From an uncultured Gemmatimonadales bacterium (GTDB taxonomy: Bacteria; Gemmatimonadota; Gemmatimonadetes; Gemmatimonadales; GWC2-71-9), in contig CAVSQW010000001.1 in NCBI GenBank assembly GCA_963730185.1, positions 88,279 through 152,278 on the forward strand: a stretch of 64,000 nt of DNA, given 5' to 3'. Made by a program: the position numbers and the translations under genes. The notes beneath the pieces were generated by a model. The model searched no databases, had not been told where the DNA came from, and saw nothing but the letters and a program-made list of their open reading frames with translations. Below are positions 59,712 through 64,000 of the stretch, piece after piece. How positions within the stretch are numbered: position 1 is the stretch's first letter; the number at the start of each line of letters is the position of its first letter.

Positions 59712-60968
59712 ATGAACCAACATCCGCTCGCCCGCCGGCTCCGGCTGGCGGGGCTCGCGATCGTGGTGATCCTCACCGCGGTGGTGTGGGTCGAGTTCGT
59801 CTACGGGCGGAACTGGTCCCTGTTGGTTCGAATCGGCGGCTTCGCCATGGTGGCGTTGGTGAGCGTGGGGGTGGTCGATCGCTGGTTCGACCAGACCGTG
59901 GTCCGGCCGCTCGGCGCGACCGAGGCCATCGCGACCCGGGTGGCCCGGGGCGATCTCCGGGTCTCCGACAACCAGATCGGCGCCATCGGCGGGGGCCCTC
60001 TCACCGATTCGATCCGGTTGATGGTCTACGAGCTAGGGCGGCTGGTCGAGGCAATCCGGACCGCTGCCCTGGAGTCGGCCTCGCTGTCGGCGGAGATCTC
60101 CGAGGCTACCCACCAGGTGATGGCCTCGACGGAGGAGGTGGCGGGCACCACGTCCGACCTCACCGACCGGGCCATCCATCAGGCCGCTCTCGTCCGCCGG
60201 GTGGCCGACGACTCGGCCCGGATCCTCTCCATCGCCCAGGAAGTCGCCAACGGCGCCAGTGGCACGGCCCAGCGGAACGCCGAGCTGGCGGCGCTGGCCC
60301 GGAACCACCAGGAGCGGCTCGGCCAGACGGCCGCCGCGCTGGAGGGTCTGTCGGAGGACGTGGACCGCGGGACTCGCGAGGCGGAGTCGCTGGCCGAGGC
60401 CTCCGACGAGATCGAGCGACTGTTGGTCCAGTCGCGGGCCATCGCCAAGCAGACCCGGGTGCTGGCCCTCAACGCTTCGATCGAGGCCGCTCGAGCCGGG
60501 GAGCAGGGCCAGGGGTTCTCGGTCGTGGCCGACGAGGTCCGGAAGCTCGCCAGCCAGGCCTCCCATACCGCCAACGCCACCAGCGACACGCTCCGGAACA
60601 TCGTGGACCGGGTCCGGTCCACCCGGGAGCGGATGGTGCGTCTCGGTCAGAGCGGCCTTCAGGCTCGGGACGCGGCCCTGGCGGCGGTGAAGGGGTTGCA
60701 GTCGGTGGCCCGGGAGGCGGAAGGGATCGACGAGTGGACCCGAGGGGTTTCGCGGGCGGCGAGCGAGGTCCGGGCCCTGATCGAGGCGATCGCGGCTCGG
60801 ACGTCGGAGCTGGCGGGCAGCGTGGAGGGGCATGCCGCCTCGGCCGAGGAGATCGCGGCGGCGGCGCAGGAGTTGAACGCTGCGACCGAAGAGATCACCG
60901 CTTCCTCGAACCAGCTGGCCCGGGCCGGCGAGCGCCTGACCGAGGCCGTGGGGCACCTCCGCTCCTAG
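59712..60968 (+). CDS. Methyl-accepting chemotaxis-like protein (2 TM, HAMP, signalling domain)
   Basis: [37 protein letters not shown]. Confidence 0.92.
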   Translation: MNQHPLARRLRLAGLAIVVILTAVVWVEFVYGRNWSLLVRIGGFAMVALVSVGVVDRWFDQTVVRPLGATEAIATRVARGDLRVSDNQIGAIGGGPLTDSIRLMVYELGRLVEAIRTAALESASLSAEISEATHQVMASTEEVAGTTSDLTDRAIHQAALVRRVADDSARILSIAQEVANGASGTAQRNAELAALARNHQERLGQTAAALEGLSEDVDRGTREAESLAEASDEIERLLVQSRAIAKQTRVLALNASIEAARAGEQGQGFSVVADEVRKLASQASHTANATSDTLRNIVDRVRSTRERMVRLGQSGLQARDAALAAVKGLQSVAREAEGIDEWTRGVSRAASEVRALIEAIAARTSELAGSVEGHAASAEEIAAAAQELNAATEEITASSNQLARAGERLTEAVGHLRS

Positions 60969-62692
60969 CCGAGCCGCCGGGCCACTGCCCGGGCGATGAA
61001 GCGGAGCCGGTCCTTGAATGGCAGTCGGCCGAGGTTGGTCCGGACGACGCCTTTGGTGAACCAGGTCGAACGGCTGTAGTCGATGGCCGTATCGACCACG
61101 ATCGGCCGGCCCGCCGCCGTCACCTCGCGGACCCAGGCCAGGACCTGATCGATCTCCGCATCCCGATCCAGCCGGACCCATTCCACGCCGACCCCTTCGG
61201 CGAGGCTGCCGACGTCGTAGTCAGGCAGTAGGCTCTCGGCCGGCCGATTGAACGCCTTTCGCTGGAACTGCGCGATCTGGGCGAGCTCCCGGTCGCGGAG
61301 GACGAACACGGCCACCGCGGCGCCCTGGTTTGCCGCCGTGAGGAGCTCGAGTCCGGTCATCAGAAAGGCGCCGTCGCCGGGCAGGGCTACCACCGGGCGG
61401 TCGGGGCGGGCCAGCTTGGCGCCGATGGCGGCCGGTACCGCGTAGCCCATGCAGGAGTAGTCCACCGGGGCCAGGAACGACCCCGGCCGGTCCAGGACGA
61501 GATGCTCCATGGCCAGGAAGGTCCCGTTCCCGCTGTCGGTGGCATAGGCCGTGTCGGGCCCCAGCACCCGCTGCAAGGCGGCGAAGAGACGGCCGGGCGA
61601 CACTCGATCGGACGGGCTCGGCGCCTCCTGCTCGGCCGCCAGGTCGGCCCGCCCCTTCCGGAGGGCGGCGACGACCTCGGTGGCGGGCCGGGGCGCGGCT
61701 CCGGCGAGACGGGGCAAGAGAGCGGCCACGAACCGGGCCGCGTCGGCGGGGACCGCGATGGTCGCGGGGTAGTTCCGCCCGATGGCCTCCGGAGCGATGT
61801 CGACGTGGATCAGGTCGCCCCGCGGCTCGCAGGAGTAGCTGGCGGTGCCCACCTCGCTGAACCGGCACCCGATGGCGAGGGTGACGTTGCAGGGCTCGAC
61901 CGCGTGGCGGACGAACGGCGGCGCCGCTTCGCCGAACCCGTTCCAGGCAAAGAGGGGGTGCGACTCGGGGAAGACCCCCTTGCCCGAGATGGTGGTGGCC
62001 ACCGGGCCGCCTAACGCTTCCGCCAAGGCGACCAGGTCGGCGCCGGCGCCGGCCGCGCCGAGGCCGAGATAGAGCAGAGGCCGGGCTCCCGAGGCCAGGA
62101 GAGCCTGGGCGGCCCGCGCGACGACCTCCGGATCGGGAGCGGGCGGCTCGGCGGGTACGGGGGCCGTCAACCCGCCCGGATCATGGCGGAAGAGGTAGAG
62201 GTCGACCGGAATCTCCACCATCACCGGCCCTGGCGTGCCGGCCCGGGCGAGCTGGCAGGCCCGCCGGATGGTGGGGTAAATGTCGGCGCCGGTGGCGGGC
62301 CGGAAGGTGCCCTTGGTGACCGGGGCCGCGATCGCGAGCTGGTCGACGTCGTGGAGCTGGAAGGCGCGCCCGCTGTCGCGGCGAATCCCGCAGCCGAGAA
62401 CCAGCATCGGAATGCCGTCGAGAAACGCTTCGGCGATGCCGGAGAGGGCGTGGGTCAGGCCGGCTCCCGGCACGAGGTTCACGCCCGCCATCCGGCCGGA
62501 GGCGCGCCAGGCGCCGTCGGCGAGGAAGCCGGCGCTCTGCTCGTCCGTGATCAAGACCGTCCGCACCGTGCTCGATTCGGCGAGCGCGTCGTAGAGCTCG
62601 ATGTTGTGGGTGCCCGGGATGCCGAACGCGAGCTGGATGCCCTCGTCCTCGAGAGCCTTCACCACCAGCGCCGCGCCGCCTTGAGCACCCAT
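60965..62692 (-). CDS. ThDP-dependent enzyme, acetolactate synthase-like
   Basis: [40 protein letters not shown] and GDGAF motifs. Confidence 0.9.
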   Translation of the reverse strand: MGAQGGAALVVKALEDEGIQLAFGIPGTHNIELYDALAESSTVRTVLITDEQSAGFLADGAWRASGRMAGVNLVPGAGLTHALSGIAEAFLDGIPMLVLGCGIRRDSGRAFQLHDVDQLAIAAPVTKGTFRPATGADIYPTIRRACQLARAGTPGPVMVEIPVDLYLFRHDPGGLTAPVPAEPPAPDPEVVARAAQALLASGARPLLYLGLGAAGAGADLVALAEALGGPVATTISGKGVFPESHPLFAWNGFGEAAPPFVRHAVEPCNVTLAIGCRFSEVGTASYSCEPRGDLIHVDIAPEAIGRNYPATIAVPADAARFVAALLPRLAGAAPRPATEVVAALRKGRADLAAEQEAPSPSDRVSPGRLFAALQRVLGPDTAYATDSGNGTFLAMEHLVLDRPGSFLAPVDYSCMGYAVPAAIGAKLARPDRPVVALPGDGAFLMTGLELLTAANQGAAVAVFVLRDRELAQIAQFQRKAFNRPAESLLPDYDVGSLAEGVGVEWVRLDRDAEIDQVLAWVREVTAAGRPIVVDTAIDYSRSTWFTKGVVRTNLGRLPFKDRLRFIARAVARRLG

Positions 62693-62697
62693 CCCGA

Positions 62698-64000
62698 TCA
62701 GACTCCGGACTCGAAGTCGTTCAAGATACCTTCGGCCACCCGGTCCGCGAGGCTCATGACGGTCAGGTACGGGTTGATCTGGAGGGCGTCGGGGAAGAGG
62801 CTGGCGTCGGCGACGCGAAGCCAGGGGCGCCCATGGACCCGTCCCCAGGCATCGGTGACCGAATCCCGGTCCGATCGTCCCATCCCGGCGCCGCCCATGG
62901 GGTGAGCCGAGGAGACTGACACGGTCCCGGTGCGGAAATGACGGGCGTCAATCAGCTCGTCGATCCGATCGGCCGCGCTCCGCTCCAGGGTGGGTGGATC
63001 GGCCGCCGGCGCGTGGACCCGGACCGCGCCGGCCGCGAAGAAGATCCGGGCCGAGGTCCTGGTCGCCCGGACCATTGAGGCCACCACCTGGGGAGTAAAC
63101 CGGTAGTGCACCACCGGACGGCCGTCCCGATCCACGCTGACCCGATTGCCGGCGACGGCGCGGTCGCAGGCCAGGACGAGAATCATCTGGAGGCGCGGGA
63201 AAGCCCGCATGAACCCGCTGTGCTCCGGCCCGAACCCGGTCAGGTTCTTGGCGGTGACGAAGGGGAAGTACATGCAGGTCTCGAGCACGTAGCCTTCCGC
63301 CTCGGCCCGATCGAGGAAGAAGCTCTTCGGGTGGCCGACGTCGTTGACGATGGGACGGGGATGCTCGGCGACCAGAATGTGGGCCGGATGGCAGGTGAAG
63401 CCTTCGCCGACCCGAGCGGGCAGCCCGGTCAGACCGGAGCGAAGGAGCAGCGCGGGCGTGCCGATCGCGCCGGCGGCGAGCACCACCCGATCGGCGGCGA
63501 TCTGGTAGTCGCCTGGGGCCCACTCGGGCTCGGCGCCCTTCCCGCCTTCCGGCCGAGGTGCGACGGTGATCGAGAGCCGCCGCTCACCGACCTGGCTCAC
63601 CCGCGCCCTCGTCACCACCTCCACTCCGCGCCGCTCGGCCTCGGGGAGCTGGACTCGGTGGGTCCCCTGCTTGGCCGCGTTGGGACAGCCGAGATTGCAG
63701 AGGCTCGACCCCCGGCAGCCGCGGAGGTTCAGGGGGAACTGCTCGGCCTCGAAGCCGGCGCCGGCGCAGCCGTCGACGAAGAGCCGATTGTTCTCGTTGA
63801 TCTCGCCAGGCGCCAGCAGGTGGACGCCGTTCTCGTCGAGATAGCGGGCCGAGCGGGCCGCCAGATCGGGGTGCTCGAGCCCGGGCACCGCCCAGCGCCG
63901 GATGACCCGCTCGGGCGCCACGAGTGACGTGCCGGTGTAGACGATGGTCGAGCCGCCGTAGCCCCGCCCGAACGCGATGGTCATGGCGCCGTCGGCCGTG
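62698..64000 (-). CDS. GMC family oxidoreductase (5' truncated by window edge)
   Basis: GRGYGGST, CNLGCP..AK, VLAAGAIGTPALLLRSG, AHPMG, VADAS.FP and NP motifs. Confidence 0.9.
   Translation of the reverse strand, partial: TADGAMTIAFGRGYGGSTIVYTGTSLVAPERVIRRWAVPGLEHPDLAARSARYLDENGVHLLAPGEINENNRLFVDGCAGAGFEAEQFPLNLRGCRGSSLCNLGCPNAAKQGTHRVQLPEAERRGVEVVTRARVSQVGERRLSITVAPRPEGGKGAEPEWAPGDYQIAADRVVLAAGAIGTPALLLRSGLTGLPARVGEGFTCHPAHILVAEHPRPIVNDVGHPKSFFLDRAEAEGYVLETCMYFPFVTAKNLTGFGPEHSGFMRAFPRLQMILVLACDRAVAGNRVSVDRDGRPVVHYRFTPQVVASMVRATRTSARIFFAAGAVRVHAPAADPPTLERSAADRIDELIDARHFRTGTVSVSSAHPMGGAGMGRSDRDSVTDAWGRVHGRPWLRVADASLFPDALQINPYLTVMSLADRVAEGILNDFESGV

Noticed and set aside
1..64000. Prophage, defence island, IS elements, tRNA/rRNA
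   Set aside because: No integrase, transposase, phage structural or defence-type domains, nor tRNA/rRNA patterns, were recognised.

Overview
High-GC (roughly 70%) bacterial chromosomal segment, densely coding, with about 60 CDSs. Gene content resembles Gemmatimonadota, which is an inference from the gene families and not a search result. No rRNA, tRNA, CRISPR array, integrase or transposase is recognisable. Contents: many peptidases (two S41, M20, M42, M28-PDZ, rhomboid, S45 acylase, serine hydrolase), five ECF sigma-factor modules, a MacAB-TolC-type exporter, polX-nth, fabH, a cyclophilin, cardiolipin synthase, a PQQ/heme-c dehydrogenase, leuS, an MCP and a GMC oxidoreductase/ThDP-enzyme pair. 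Several single-base frameshifts, including in essential leuS, point to sequencing or assembly indels. The most unusual observations are: (i) leuS is flanked on both sides by long palindromes built from GGGAGTA-like heptamers, and the upstream one places a mirror-image leaderless promoter before both leuS and the divergent MCP; (ii) an ECF/anti-sigma operon encoding two secreted HEAT-repeat proteins with near-identical C-termini; (iii) a PolX lacking its catalytic aspartates but with an intact PHP domain, overlapping an endonuclease III with a basic repeat tail; (iv) a translationally coupled cupin-rhomboid-ECF-Ser/Thr kinase cassette; (v) pervasive leaderless TAnnnT promoters and a shared AAC-N17 ECF promoter architecture.
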